Shown here: in pieces, positions 42,267 to 51,638 of the stretch
Layout: each line of letters starts with the position of its first letter
Position numbering within the stretch: the stretch's first letter is position 1
From: a virus
Lineage: Duplodnaviria > Caudoviricetes
DNA: 64,000 nt
Strand: one strand, 5' to 3'
IMG/VR virus record: IMGVR_UViG_3300024283_000001
Coordinates: 1,554 to 65,553 of that record
Notes under the pieces: generated by a model
Told to the model about the DNA's origin: nothing
Seen by the model: the letters and a program-made list of their open reading frames with translations, nothing else
The model's database searches: none
Made by a program: the position numbers and the translations under genes

Positions 42267-44939
42267 TCAGAATCGAAACGTGAAGTCGAATTTCTCTCCC
42301 GTACCGCCACCGGATGCTGCGGCCGTAAAGTTCACTCCAGTCGTGTCCGCATTCAAAACGATTACCGATTTGTTCGCTGGCGTGAACGCGTGCCCCGCCA
42401 AAGTGGGCGTGACCGTATACACTCCGTTCGGAAGGATCTCTCCAGTGTTGAAGTTACCCGAGCCGTCTGCGGTTGTGGAGCCCGATGTAGGTCCCACCCA
42501 ACTGACTGTTGCTCCCGCAATCCCGGCATTTCCTCGAATGCCAAAAACGATGCTTGGAGAAGCGGCGATGCTGCCAGCTGACCAGTTGTCGGCGGCCGCG
42601 TTTGCTACCGACGTCACCGGGTCGATCAGAAGGCCAGCGGCGCCGGAAGTGACCAACCCATCGTTTGCGATCCCGAGCAAGTTCCGGCCGTCGTAGACCG
42701 CCAGAACGATTCCCATTACTGTACCTGTTACCGTATCCCCCGGCGCAACGGTGGCGACGTGGCTAAACAGACTCAGGCTCGATCCCGCGTTGAATCTCCC
42801 TATGTTCCCGTTGCCGTTTGAAGCGATGAAGCAGCGATAATCTGTGTACACCCCTGACATGTTCATTCGCAGAGCCACGCCACCAAAAGAAGTCGGAGAA
42901 GCGGAGAAAACGGGGAGCGTTATTTGTGCCCACTGATCATTCGGAAACGCGTTGGCATTCCACCAAGATTCTCCGGTTGTCCCCGCGACAGCGGCAGTTG
43001 CTTGGCTGGACAAAAGCTGAGTGACAGCGGCTCCATTTATAGTTGTCCAGTTTCCTCCGATGGGATTTGAATCAGCGCGGTTAAAGTTGTCGCTGGCGAT
43101 CTGTCCCGATTGACCTGCGCCGATGCCGTTGATCTCGAAGCCGCCTGTACCGGGGATCGGGACGTTGACCACACCTTCGTAACTGCCAACTATTTGTGCG
43201 ATGGTCGCGTTGGCTTTTGCCAGATTGACGACCCCGTTGTTCCCGGTCTGTCCCGCCGACTTTGCGGTGAAGGTCATATAAGTGACGCCGTTCACTTCCA
43301 CCATCGAAGGATCGGCAACCTGACCTGTCGTCAGGCCGATGCCTTCAGAAGCCAGCGTCCTGTAGAACGTCGGAGTTGCAAGCGCTGTCCACGGGCCGGA
43401 TGGGCTGGACGACGAATAACGCATGATGTCCGACGGTAAACCGAGAGAGCCGAAATTCGGAATGCCATTTATGACTACCTGCGACCAGCCGTAGTAGACC
43501 CCGTTCACTTTGTGGAAATCGAAATTGCTCGGGCCAAAACTCGTGATTTCATTGCTGTAATTTTTCGTCCAAGTGATGCCGTCAGGAGAAGTCGCCTGAA
43601 TCATCACGTACGGGCCGTTTGCGACCGCTTGTCCCGCGTAGTACGCAAACCAAGTTCCGCCCACGATATCGACGACCGCGAGCTGTCCAGCCCAGATGTG
43701 ATCATCCGTTCCCACGCCACCCACAGTGATGGCACTTGCGTTCTGCAAGCTGAACGTGACGCCATCCGTGGATGTGTACACTGCAACCGGACCACCGGGA
43801 ATCGGACCAGTGAACATGTAGTACGTGCTGCCGACTTTTTTCACTTTGGTTTCAAACTGTCCCGGCCCCTGAGCGACCAATGGATTGCTTCCATAGTCAT
43901 GCCAAGTGACGCAGTCTGAAGACTCCGAGTAGCATGGCCCGGCAACTGTGCTGCCCCAAATCTTGAAAACTTTTCCATCCGGGTTAGGAGAGATTATGAC
44001 TGGGTTTGCCTCGTACATGAGGGTGCTGGATTCGAGGTGATTTCCGCTGATCGTGTTGATCACCGTGCCCTGATCCGACCAGACGCCGATCACGGGGGTA
44101 ATGGTCGCAGTGAAATTCACTCCCGTGATGTTGGCACCGCTGATTGTCTGCGAGGAATTCGTCGGCGAGAACGTAACGCCGTTTGCGGATGGCGTGATCG
44201 TGAGGCTCGATCCGTTTCCCAAAGTAGGAATCGTATAGTTTCCAGACGCATCAGCTTGCACGGAACCACTGACGGTTCCCGTGTAAGAAACGAGTCCAAA
44301 GGGAACACCAATGTTTCCAGAGATCGTGAATCCCGGCGTGAACGCTGCCACAACGCCTGCGTTAGCCGCAGAGGCGATGGTCATGGTGGGAGTCAGGCTG
44401 CCGGATCCGCCAGACAGGTTATAGCCGAGGTTTGCTGCTCTCGCGCCACCGTACAAGACTGTGCTGATGCTCGTGCCTGCTGCCCAAGTTGGCGCAGTCA
44501 ACGCCACGCCAGCGAGAATGAACAGCTCACCAGCTGCAGCTGGAGTGATCGCGCCGCCAGTTACGGATGCAGAGGTTGCCGCTGCGCCGTTGGAAGTATC
44601 AAATGCGGAAGTTCGAGCGACGCCGGAATATTCCGCTGTACCCAGTCGAACTGTGATTCCGCCCGTGAAGGCCAGAGACACGGTATTCGCGCCAGCCTTC
44701 GCGTTCATGGCGAAGAACACGCCGATCTTATTGCCACCGCTGTCGGCCTGAAATGCTCCAGCCTGCGACCATGAATTCCCTTGCGAATCGGTCAGGCTCG
44801 TGAACGTGGCTCCGCTGTTTAGCTGGACGAACGCAATGAGGAAATTTCCAAGCGTGTTGTTCGAGCCAAACGCCAGCGTCACAGGGCTGGACGTTCCCGA
44901 TGCCGGGGCCGCAGGCGCTTGGACAAACCCTATTGCCAT
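42267..44939 (-). CDS. Multidomain receptor-binding / glycosidase-like virion protein, 890 aa
   Basis: Two prealbumin-like repeats ending GVNFTA, central propeller-like repeats (ADPSMVEVNG.TYMTF), lectin-like domain. Confidence 0.6.
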   Translation of the reverse strand: MAIGFVQAPAAPASGTSSPVTLAFGSNNTLGNFLIAFVQLNSGATFTSLTDSQGNSWSQAGAFQADSGGNKIGVFFAMNAKAGANTVSLAFTGGITVRLGTAEYSGVARTSAFDTSNGAAATSASVTGGAITPAAAGELFILAGVALTAPTWAAGTSISTVLYGGARAANLGYNLSGGSGSLTPTMTIASAANAGVVAAFTPGFTISGNIGVPFGLVSYTGTVSGSVQADASGNYTIPTLGNGSSLTITPSANGVTFSPTNSSQTISGANITGVNFTATITPVIGVWSDQGTVINTISGNHLESSTLMYEANPVIISPNPDGKVFKIWGSTVAGPCYSESSDCVTWHDYGSNPLVAQGPGQFETKVKKVGSTYYMFTGPIPGGPVAVYTSTDGVTFSLQNASAITVGGVGTDDHIWAGQLAVVDIVGGTWFAYYAGQAVANGPYVMIQATSPDGITWTKNYSNEITSFGPSNFDFHKVNGVYYGWSQVVINGIPNFGSLGLPSDIMRYSSSSPSGPWTALATPTFYRTLASEGIGLTTGQVADPSMVEVNGVTYMTFTAKSAGQTGNNGVVNLAKANATIAQIVGSYEGVVNVPIPGTGGFEINGIGAGQSGQIASDNFNRADSNPIGGNWTTINGAAVTQLLSSQATAAVAGTTGESWWNANAFPNDQWAQITLPVFSASPTSFGGVALRMNMSGVYTDYRCFIASNGNGNIGRFNAGSSLSLFSHVATVAPGDTVTGTVMGIVLAVYDGRNLLGIANDGLVTSGAAGLLIDPVTSVANAAADNWSAGSIAASPSIVFGIRGNAGIAGATVSWVGPTSGSTTADGSGNFNTGEILPNGVYTVTPTLAGHAFTPANKSVIVLNADTTGVNFTAAASGGGTGEKFDFTFRF

Positions 44940-44952
44940 ACTTTAGCGCCTC

Positions 44953-45630
44953 TTAGGCTTGTAGGATCTTCCCGATAACTGTCGGGTTCGTTCCACCACT
45001 CGCGGCGGTGACGTGCAGGCGCACGAAGTTGACGAGCTCCGGAACGGTGGCAAAAACCTCGTTATAACCGGACACCGTTGTGTTCGCGGCTCCGATGATT
45101 GTGTACTCGCTATCGACGTCGTTTATCGCGCCCTCCAGCTGGATGGATCCGGATGCCGGCGCCGATGGATATGTGAAAGCCCAGCTCACTCCATAGCCAC
45201 GCCCAAGAGTGTTCTGGATCGCAAACGCTCGGCTCTTGTTGGTGGTCAGAGCCTCTGCAATTTCCTGTGGCGTCGAGAGCGCGTATCCGGTGTCGACAGT
45301 GTTTCCTTGGTTGCCGACGGTCTTCGGGTAACTGATGGTGCCCTTTCCGGTTGCGGCCGTGATATTCACGGCAGAGATCGCGATTCCTGTCGTTTGGTTG
45401 AGAGCTCCGGCGCTGTTCGCCGTTGCATAAACGTAGATCAGATCACCAACGAGAGGAATGTTTCCATCGACAATGGTGACGGTCAGCGTCACGACGTTCC
45501 CGCTCACCGAGTCGTGATCGACGATCATCCGGCAGGTCGGCCCGGGAGAAAGCGATCCGAAAGCGTAGGAGGGCCTGCCCGGAATTAACATTTCGACTAT
45601 TGCTTGCGGTGTGTTATCGAAAGTGGTCAT
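44953..45630 (-). CDS. Putative virion protein, 225 aa
   Basis: GGAGG SD; beta-rich. Confidence 0.65.
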   Translation of the reverse strand: MTTFDNTPQAIVEMLIPGRPSYAFGSLSPGPTCRMIVDHDSVSGNVVTLTVTIVDGNIPLVGDLIYVYATANSAGALNQTTGIAISAVNITAATGKGTISYPKTVGNQGNTVDTGYALSTPQEIAEALTTNKSRAFAIQNTLGRGYGVSWAFTYPSAPASGSIQLEGAINDVDSEYTIIGAANTTVSGYNEVFATVPELVNFVRLHVTAASGGTNPTVIGKILQA

Positions 45631-45901
45631 CGGGATGCCTCCAAAGCAGATTAGAGGCCAGCCCGATTTCTGGCGGATGTGCGACTAGGAGCGTACCACG
45701 TTTTGACTGTTTTGAAATCTATACTTCTTCGCGCGCTCTCGAAGCCGCTTCTGCGCGGCTCGATTTTTATGATCCCAGGACAAATAAAGCTGGCTGCCGA
45801 TGCGAGGTGTGAATTCGCGCCGGCAGCCGCAGAAGGCTGGCTATGCCGAACGAGAATCTATATGATGCCAACGCACCACCAACACAAAAGGAGACTTAGA
45901 A

Positions 45902-46363
45902 ATGAAAAATTTGAAGTTTATATTCCTGCTCGTACTGACGGCGATGGCACTACCTCTCTTCGCCCAAACTCCAATGTCGAACAGCGCTCGTAACGTGACG
46001 CTGCAAACGCCGACGAACTACCTGTGCTTCCCGGTGGACTCGGACGGGCCAGCAACACCGATTCCGTATACCTGCTCAGGGTCAGCGACCGTGGTTCAGG
46101 CCAACACAACTTGGACTTCGCTGACAGTTTCGCTTGAACGGCGTGTCGTTGGCTCGCAGCAGATTTCTGCGGTCATCGAAAACTTCACGACCGGAAACAA
46201 TCTCGTCAATACTCCCTGCACGATTACCGTTGGCCAAAAGACATGCACGATCACTTTCTCCGCTGGTGCCAGCGCAGGAGACGTATTGGCAATCAAACTC
46301 TTCAACAATCTGACGGGCACGGCAAACTACAACGTCGGGAAAATCAGTTGGGTCCTTCAGTAG
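45902..46363 (+). CDS. Secreted protein encoded against the late operon (moron), 153 aa
   Basis: AAGGAG SD; Sec signal MKNLKFIFLLVLTAMALPLFA. Confidence 0.75.
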   Translation: MKNLKFIFLLVLTAMALPLFAQTPMSNSARNVTLQTPTNYLCFPVDSDGPATPIPYTCSGSATVVQANTTWTSLTVSLERRVVGSQQISAVIENFTTGNNLVNTPCTITVGQKTCTITFSAGASAGDVLAIKLFNNLTGTANYNVGKISWVLQ

Positions 46364-47139
46364 AAAAAGTAGTGCTGTTCGTGGTCGGTGGCAAGTAGCT
46401 GATTCCTGTAGCCGGAGCCAGCCATGAAATCGAAAAGCATCCCCGGTGTGTGCTCGAAACCCTTCATCATTTCTGGATGGATAGAGAGCCAAATCAGGGG
46501 GTGCTTTTCTTTTAGAGTCCGTTCCGCTCCGCGCAGCACGAGGAGTTCCGCGCCTTCCACGTCGATGTTCAGAGCATCGGGAAATCCAATCTCCATCGCA
46601 AGCGAGTCGAGTGTTCGGCACGGCGTCTCTTCGCTTAAGTAGGAGAACATCCGGCCTTTCACGAACTGCGCGTATTCCGGTCCCTTCGGCCACTCCGAAA
46701 ATTTGACAGTTCCGAGTTTCGTATCCCACTCTCCGCAGAAACCCATATACGTTGCGCGGGGCACAGAGAGATTGTTTTGCTCCCAAATCGTTTTGATGTT
46801 CGGCCAGAGTTCGGGAGTCGGCTCAATCAAGACCATGTTCGACGCTCCTCCGACCATCGAAGCGTAAAAAGCGGCTTGCCACCCGTCAGCCGCACCGACT
46901 TCGTAGAAAAGCATCCCTGCTTTCAGGTGCTCGAACATCGACTCGTGCCGTTCTTTTTCCCAGGTATCCCACCATCCGTGGTACTCCGCGAGGAAACGGG
47001 GAATGCGGACAAACCACCGTCCGCTGATTTGCTGGTCAACGAATTCGATGCTTTCGACAGGCCTGAATTTCTGCCCGGCTTCGTATCGGCCAATGGTGTC
47101 ACCAACGATCTGGCCGTCCACCATGCGATTCACCGGCAC
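46357..47139 (-). CDS. FkbM-family methyltransferase, 260 aa
   Basis: YEVGAADG...IEP...IDVEGAELLVLRGA..TL. Confidence 0.85.
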   Translation of the reverse strand: MPVNRMVDGQIVGDTIGRYEAGQKFRPVESIEFVDQQISGRWFVRIPRFLAEYHGWWDTWEKERHESMFEHLKAGMLFYEVGAADGWQAAFYASMVGGASNMVLIEPTPELWPNIKTIWEQNNLSVPRATYMGFCGEWDTKLGTVKFSEWPKGPEYAQFVKGRMFSYLSEETPCRTLDSLAMEIGFPDALNIDVEGAELLVLRGAERTLKEKHPLIWLSIHPEMMKGFEHTPGMLFDFMAGSGYRNQLLATDHEQHYFFY

Positions 47140-47654
47140 AAAAGGACTCGCCTATTTGTGCTCTGTTCTCTCCGCGTAGCCCATCGACAATTCCCGGGCT
47201 CGTAATTTCCGTAAGGATTGGGAAAACGGTCAATGCTCTTCCCCTGTGGTCGAGATCCCATGTCCGCGAGGAAATTCCGAAAATCAAGCCAGCGTTCACA
47301 GACCTTGATTCCTAGTCCACCATATCTTTCGTAAGCATGTGCGTTGGGATTCGTGCAGCGATGAATCATCGACGACCAAGATCGGTATGCGGCACTGCGT
47401 CGATTCCCCTGCCGCGAATTTCCGTGTTTCAAATTGTGCTGGTTCCCGGCCTCGCGAATCGACGAAAGTTCTCTCGACAGGCATCCACAGCTTTGTACTT
47501 TTCCAGAGGTCAACCCATCTTTTCGAACGATTTTTAGTGCTCCGCAAACACATGAACAGAGCCAGTACTGTTGCTCGCGCTTCATTCCAACGGGCCAGAA
47601 GGCAGTGATTCGATTGAATGTGATTCCTGCGATATCTCGTGAAGGAAGTGCCAT
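47130..47654 (-). CDS. HNH homing endonuclease, 174 aa
   Basis: WLCSCVCG...SCGC; W.SM..RC.NPN...YGG.GI.VC.RW..F.NF..DM...SIDR...GNYEPGNCRWAT. Confidence 0.85.
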   Translation of the reverse strand: MALPSRDIAGITFNRITAFWPVGMKREQQYWLCSCVCGALKIVRKDGLTSGKVQSCGCLSRELSSIREAGNQHNLKHGNSRQGNRRSAAYRSWSSMIHRCTNPNAHAYERYGGLGIKVCERWLDFRNFLADMGSRPQGKSIDRFPNPYGNYEPGNCRWATRREQSTNRRVLLCR

Positions 47655-48616
47655 CAGATCTTGGTTATTATCGCATTTTGTGGCAAGGAAACTGAATTAA
47701 TTCGACGTGGCAATCTGTCTTTGCTGAGTTCGGAAATCGTCTCTGTTTCCCATCCTCCGGGCAGAGTGATCCTATACCTGAAGCTCCGCTTCGGAAGTTC
47801 GCGGCCGATTTCACGTTCGACGATTTCGCGGCCGAACACTTCCGCACGCCAGTACGGATCGGCGATGAAGGACTCGAGGCGCTTCACGCGATCGTCGAAA
47901 TCTCCGCAGTTCGTAAAAAAATCGTCGCGGTAATCCCACCCGCGGTTGTAGCCGAAAGACCCGAGGTGCGAGCACTTCGTGATCCCGGGCGATATCGTCT
48001 GCGTCTTGTCGACGTCGAGCACGCGCTGGATCAATCCGTCCTGTTCGTAGTGCTGGATCCCGAACGGCGTGTTGAGTTGGCTTCCGGGAAAAGTTTTCTC
48101 GACGTAGCCCGGCATGTCCGCGTAATACTTCGGCGTCGCGTGCTGGACTATCAATCCGAGTTTGTTCCTTGCGATGCAGGTGCCGACAGCATAAAACCAA
48201 GGCTGGAAAAGGACATCGTCGACGATTGGGGCATGGCGATTAAAGATCCAGGCCATCGTCGCAAAAATTCTTGGCCACATGTCGTGCTGCGCGCGGTGCC
48301 AAGCGAAAAAATCTTCGTGGACCATGACATCATCTTCGATGTAGAACACCCGGTCCCACCTTTCGTTGTAGGCCCACCGCAGCGCTTCCATCACGTTCAT
48401 CGTATTCCCGTGGTAATCATGGTCCGGTACCACATGGACCTGAGTGTCTTTTCCACGGAAATATCGCAGAGCCACCGTCAAACTTTGATCATTCCAAGTG
48501 CAACGATCAGGGAAAATCGCCACTGGAATCGTCGGCTCAATCGCACGAATTCTTTTGAGGCAGCAAAACAGGTGCTCTTCTCGTCGGTATGTTGGGATCA
48601 CGCAGACTTCTCGCAC
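47654..48616 (-). CDS. GT-A fold glycosyltransferase, 320 aa
   Basis: VIPTYRR...FYIEDD. Confidence 0.7.
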   Translation of the reverse strand: MREVCVIPTYRREEHLFCCLKRIRAIEPTIPVAIFPDRCTWNDQSLTVALRYFRGKDTQVHVVPDHDYHGNTMNVMEALRWAYNERWDRVFYIEDDVMVHEDFFAWHRAQHDMWPRIFATMAWIFNRHAPIVDDVLFQPWFYAVGTCIARNKLGLIVQHATPKYYADMPGYVEKTFPGSQLNTPFGIQHYEQDGLIQRVLDVDKTQTISPGITKCSHLGSFGYNRGWDYRDDFFTNCGDFDDRVKRLESFIADPYWRAEVFGREIVEREIGRELPKRSFRYRITLPGGWETETISELSKDRLPRRINSVSLPQNAIITKI

Positions 48617-49077
48617 TCAGCCCTCCTCACAGCTTCTGCTGCTTCATTGATGGTATTGAATGTCCCCAAATGCTTCGTTTTCCCGTGAGTTCGAAACAGG
48701 ACCACGCGAGCAGTGAATTTTCCCTTCACCTTCTTCACGCCCTTCGGGTATTTTCCTTTTTTATTTGTTCGGCATGGAGTCCGCAACCGCTGATTCGATT
48801 GCTGCTGACTCTTTGTGGCCCAACGCACGTTGCCAGGCTCATAGTTGCCGTCGTTGTTCGGGAAGCGGTCAAGAGAATGCTTCGGACTCGGTTTTCGCCC
48901 AACGTCAGCGAGGAAGTTCACAAAATCTAGCCATCTGGAACAGACTTTAATTCCTCTTCCACCGTAGTTTTTCCATCCTGGATTTTTTGGGTTTGTGCAC
49001 CGTTGAATCATTGAATGCCACGCTTCGTATTCAGCAGTGCGTCCGTCGTCTGTAGCGTGGCCGTGCCGGAAAAGCAT
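48598..49077 (-). CDS. HNH homing endonuclease with AP2-like C-terminus, 159 aa
   Basis: Same HNH motifs as 47130..47654 plus GVKK...F.AR...HLGTF.T..EAA. Confidence 0.85.
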   Translation of the reverse strand: MLFRHGHATDDGRTAEYEAWHSMIQRCTNPKNPGWKNYGGRGIKVCSRWLDFVNFLADVGRKPSPKHSLDRFPNNDGNYEPGNVRWATKSQQQSNQRLRTPCRTNKKGKYPKGVKKVKGKFTARVVLFRTHGKTKHLGTFNTINEAAEAVRRAECEKSA

Positions 49078-49086
49078 CGTGTTATC

Positions 49087-50202
49087 TTACGCTCCGTTTG
49101 GCGTTTTCGCGCATTCTGCTATCAGCTTTCTGGCCTTCGCAAGGGACCGCGAGGCCCATGTTCGTTGAATCATTCCGCATCGCGCAGCACGGGCACCCCA
49201 CGCCGGCAGACTCGTTCCCTGCGCCACTTTGAAGGCTTCTTCCGACCGTTTGATCGCCCACGCGCACTCAAGGACCATTTCTCCGAGGAGAGAGATATCC
49301 CCTCTGCCTTCGTTGGCGATCGTGCGTTGCGACACGAAGGTCAGATCGACGTTTTGAGCACCGCGGAGCCAGCAGTGATCGACCCAGTTCTTATAAGTCT
49401 CACCCATCGGGAACTTCAGTGTTTGATAGATCACATCGTTCAATTCTTCATAGTTGGCCCAGGGATTGAACTGAAGTTCCTGGCGGTTAGCGAGGGGCCG
49501 GCGTTCGCCGTCCTCGATCTCCATCGTTAGAATCCGAATCAGCGCCCGGTTGGCGTACCCGGTCGTGTCCTCGAACTTGATCCGTTCGTGCCACTGGTGG
49601 GCGCAGATGGAATCCTCGACATACTTGATCTCCCACCCGTTCCGGCGCAGCAAATAGAAGAGATAGTCGTCCTCGTGGCCGTAGCCGTAAAACAATTCTT
49701 CGTAGCCACCGATTTCGAGCATCTCTTGCCGACGAAACGCGTGCGGCCCGGCGCCGGATACCCATCCCGGACGCGACCCTTCCCTCGGGTGGTTGTACCA
49801 GCCCTGGAAGGCCCCGTCCTGTCCCAAGTCTTTGATCAGCGGAACTGCGAGTGTTTTCTCGCGGGTTTCCACCATCCGAACCAGGCACTCGATCACCGAC
49901 TCCGATTCGTGCAAAACCTCGGCCGTTTGAAGGATGGCAATCTCCCCGGTGCATGCGTGGAGGCAGAGGTTCCAGAGTTCCGTGATGGATTGAAAAACCG
50001 GATAGGGCTCGAGCCGCGGGTTGTGGATGTAGTGCGCGCCGAAGGAATCTGCGACTTGTTTGGTGTATCCGTCGTCCTCTTCCTCGACCACGATCAGATC
50101 AAGTTTGCCCGGATACTTCTGCCGGCGAATTGAGCAGAGTGTTTTTTCGAGAAGTGCGCCACGGCGCCAACACGGGAAAGCGATTGAAACGGAAGGCCAC
50201 AT
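49087..50202 (-). CDS. Family 2-type glycosyltransferase, 371 aa
   Basis: SIAFPCW.R...IVVEE.DDG...GGYEE.F.GYGHEDD. Confidence 0.8.
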   Translation of the reverse strand: MWPSVSIAFPCWRRGALLEKTLCSIRRQKYPGKLDLIVVEEEDDGYTKQVADSFGAHYIHNPRLEPYPVFQSITELWNLCLHACTGEIAILQTAEVLHESESVIECLVRMVETREKTLAVPLIKDLGQDGAFQGWYNHPREGSRPGWVSGAGPHAFRRQEMLEIGGYEELFYGYGHEDDYLFYLLRRNGWEIKYVEDSICAHQWHERIKFEDTTGYANRALIRILTMEIEDGERRPLANRQELQFNPWANYEELNDVIYQTLKFPMGETYKNWVDHCWLRGAQNVDLTFVSQRTIANEGRGDISLLGEMVLECAWAIKRSEEAFKVAQGTSLPAWGARAARCGMIQRTWASRSLAKARKLIAECAKTPNGA

Positions 50203-50213
50203 AGGAATATTAT
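50184..50213 (+). promoter_or_regulatory. Possible promoter for the tRNA
   Basis: TTGAAA-N18-TATTAT ending 7 nt before G50221. Confidence 0.45.
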
Positions 50214-50219
50214 TCCTCC

Positions 50220-50294
50220 TGCGGGGTGGGAAACCGGTAATCCGCTGGTCTCATAATCCAGAGAAGCGAGTTCGATTCTTCGCCCCCGCAACCA
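50220..50294 (+). tRNA. tRNA-Met(CAT), initiator-like, antisense to surrounding operon
   Basis: GCGGGG/CCCCGC acceptor, CTCATAA anticodon loop, GTTCGATT T loop, encoded ACCA; U31.U39 mismatch and T-stem bulge. Confidence 0.85.
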
Positions 50295-50304
50295 AACTTT
50301 CCTC

Positions 50305-50859
50305 TTACAGCCACTTATACCAAATCGAAGAACCACCGGCCGCCTGGTTCGGCACCGGATCAATCAGTTCGTGGACCGCGTGGACTACTCCGGGCCATCC
50401 CCAATCGTAATCATGGCCACAAAGCAGCCCACCAGGTCGGACGAGCGGCCGCCACGCGAGGATGTCGTTCTTCACGTTTTCGTAATCGTGCGAGGCGTCG
50501 ATAAAGACCATGTCGAAGCGTTCCGGTCGGCGCACTAGAGACGCGGCCGCTGCGCGGGAATCCGATCGCATCGGGACCACGGAGCCCCGCTTGATGTGGT
50601 CAGCAAGGTTCGTGTTGAACTCGGCGAAGAGATAGTCGGCAGGCTTATCTTTGAGCTCGGCCTCGTTCTCGGCGCTGCCTTCCCAGGTGTCGATCGCCAC
50701 AACGACTCCGTCCGTAGCGTCAGCCATCGCCCTGGTGGACCGTCCCATCCAACAGCCGACCTCGGCAATCAGCTTCGCTTTGCTTGCCTGTTCCGCGAGC
50801 CACTCGAGTTCAGGCGCACTCATCCAACCGGTAACACGCAGTGCTTTTTCGATATTCAT
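50305..50859 (-). CDS. Class I SAM-dependent methyltransferase (Methyltransf_24-like), 184 aa
   Basis: EVGCW.GRST...IDTW...DMVFIDASHDY...D...W..L..GG..CGHDY. Confidence 0.85.
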   Translation of the reverse strand: MNIEKALRVTGWMSAPELEWLAEQASKAKLIAEVGCWMGRSTRAMADATDGVVVAIDTWEGSAENEAELKDKPADYLFAEFNTNLADHIKRGSVVPMRSDSRAAAASLVRRPERFDMVFIDASHDYENVKNDILAWRPLVRPGGLLCGHDYDWGWPGVVHAVHELIDPVPNQAAGGSSIWYKWL

Positions 50860-51638
50860 CGGAATATGAAGTCCCTTTTCGGATCGTCTTTATCGTGGCC
50901 GCGGCCGCCAAGGTGAACGCTGCGACGCATCGAAGGTTCGGAGGGAGCATACACCATCAGCTTATAGTCCTCCCACGGGGAATCGCAGACGTGGCCATAG
51001 AGAGCCGGCTCGATTTCGGTGTAACTCTGATCGCTGAACTTCGCCGGGTTCTCCATCTGTTCCCTGTACCACGCGGTCCTCGTGATGTGCGGACAGCCCC
51101 AAAACTGAACGGTGCGAATCATCGGCACGCCGCACACGAGCGGAGGGTCACAAATCTTCGTGCCGCCGTGATGCCCATCGGCGCCTTCAAAGCAGTCGAG
51201 CATCAAATGCTGGTGAAGCGGGTGAATCTCCTCGAGATTATGGAAGCGCACGCAGTTCGCCCGTTCCTGCTGCAGCACGTTCACGATTCCTTCCCAATCT
51301 ATCGGATCGAGCGTGAGAGCGTAGTCGTGCTCGATGTAGAGCATGAGTGGCGTTGTAACGGTCGGCAGCGCCTGGCGGAACATGTAAGCCTGTTGAACGC
51401 TGCGCGGCCACTCAGCCATTCGAACGCACGGACGGTAGCGGAGCCGCTTTTTGTATTCCTCGTAAGACGGCCGCCGATCCTCGTGCTCTGGCTCGCGGAC
51501 GCCGTCGCAAAGAAGGAGAACATCGACGCCTCCAAGATGGTGTTGGATGCTGTCGAGCACCTGGTCTACGACTTTCGTGCTTGGGTGGCTCGGAATCGGC
51601 GACGTGGTCATCACCGCAGTGATCAGTCCCTTATACAT
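50856..51638 (-). CDS. Putative GT-A glycosyltransferase, 260 aa
   Basis: TTSPIPSHPST...CDG...YIEHD. Confidence 0.55.
   Translation of the reverse strand: MYKGLITAVMTTSPIPSHPSTKVVDQVLDSIQHHLGGVDVLLLCDGVREPEHEDRRPSYEEYKKRLRYRPCVRMAEWPRSVQQAYMFRQALPTVTTPLMLYIEHDYALTLDPIDWEGIVNVLQQERANCVRFHNLEEIHPLHQHLMLDCFEGADGHHGGTKICDPPLVCGVPMIRTVQFWGCPHITRTAWYREQMENPAKFSDQSYTEIEPALYGHVCDSPWEDYKLMVYAPSEPSMRRSVHLGGRGHDKDDPKRDFIFR

Noticed and set aside
40704-45630. Diversity-generating retroelement or invertible tail-fibre cassette
   Set aside because: No reverse transcriptase, recombinase or template/variable repeat pair visible
47130-49077. HNH genes as group I intron-encoded ORFs
   Set aside because: Flanking genes appear complete and abut the HNH ORFs with no room for intron core sequence
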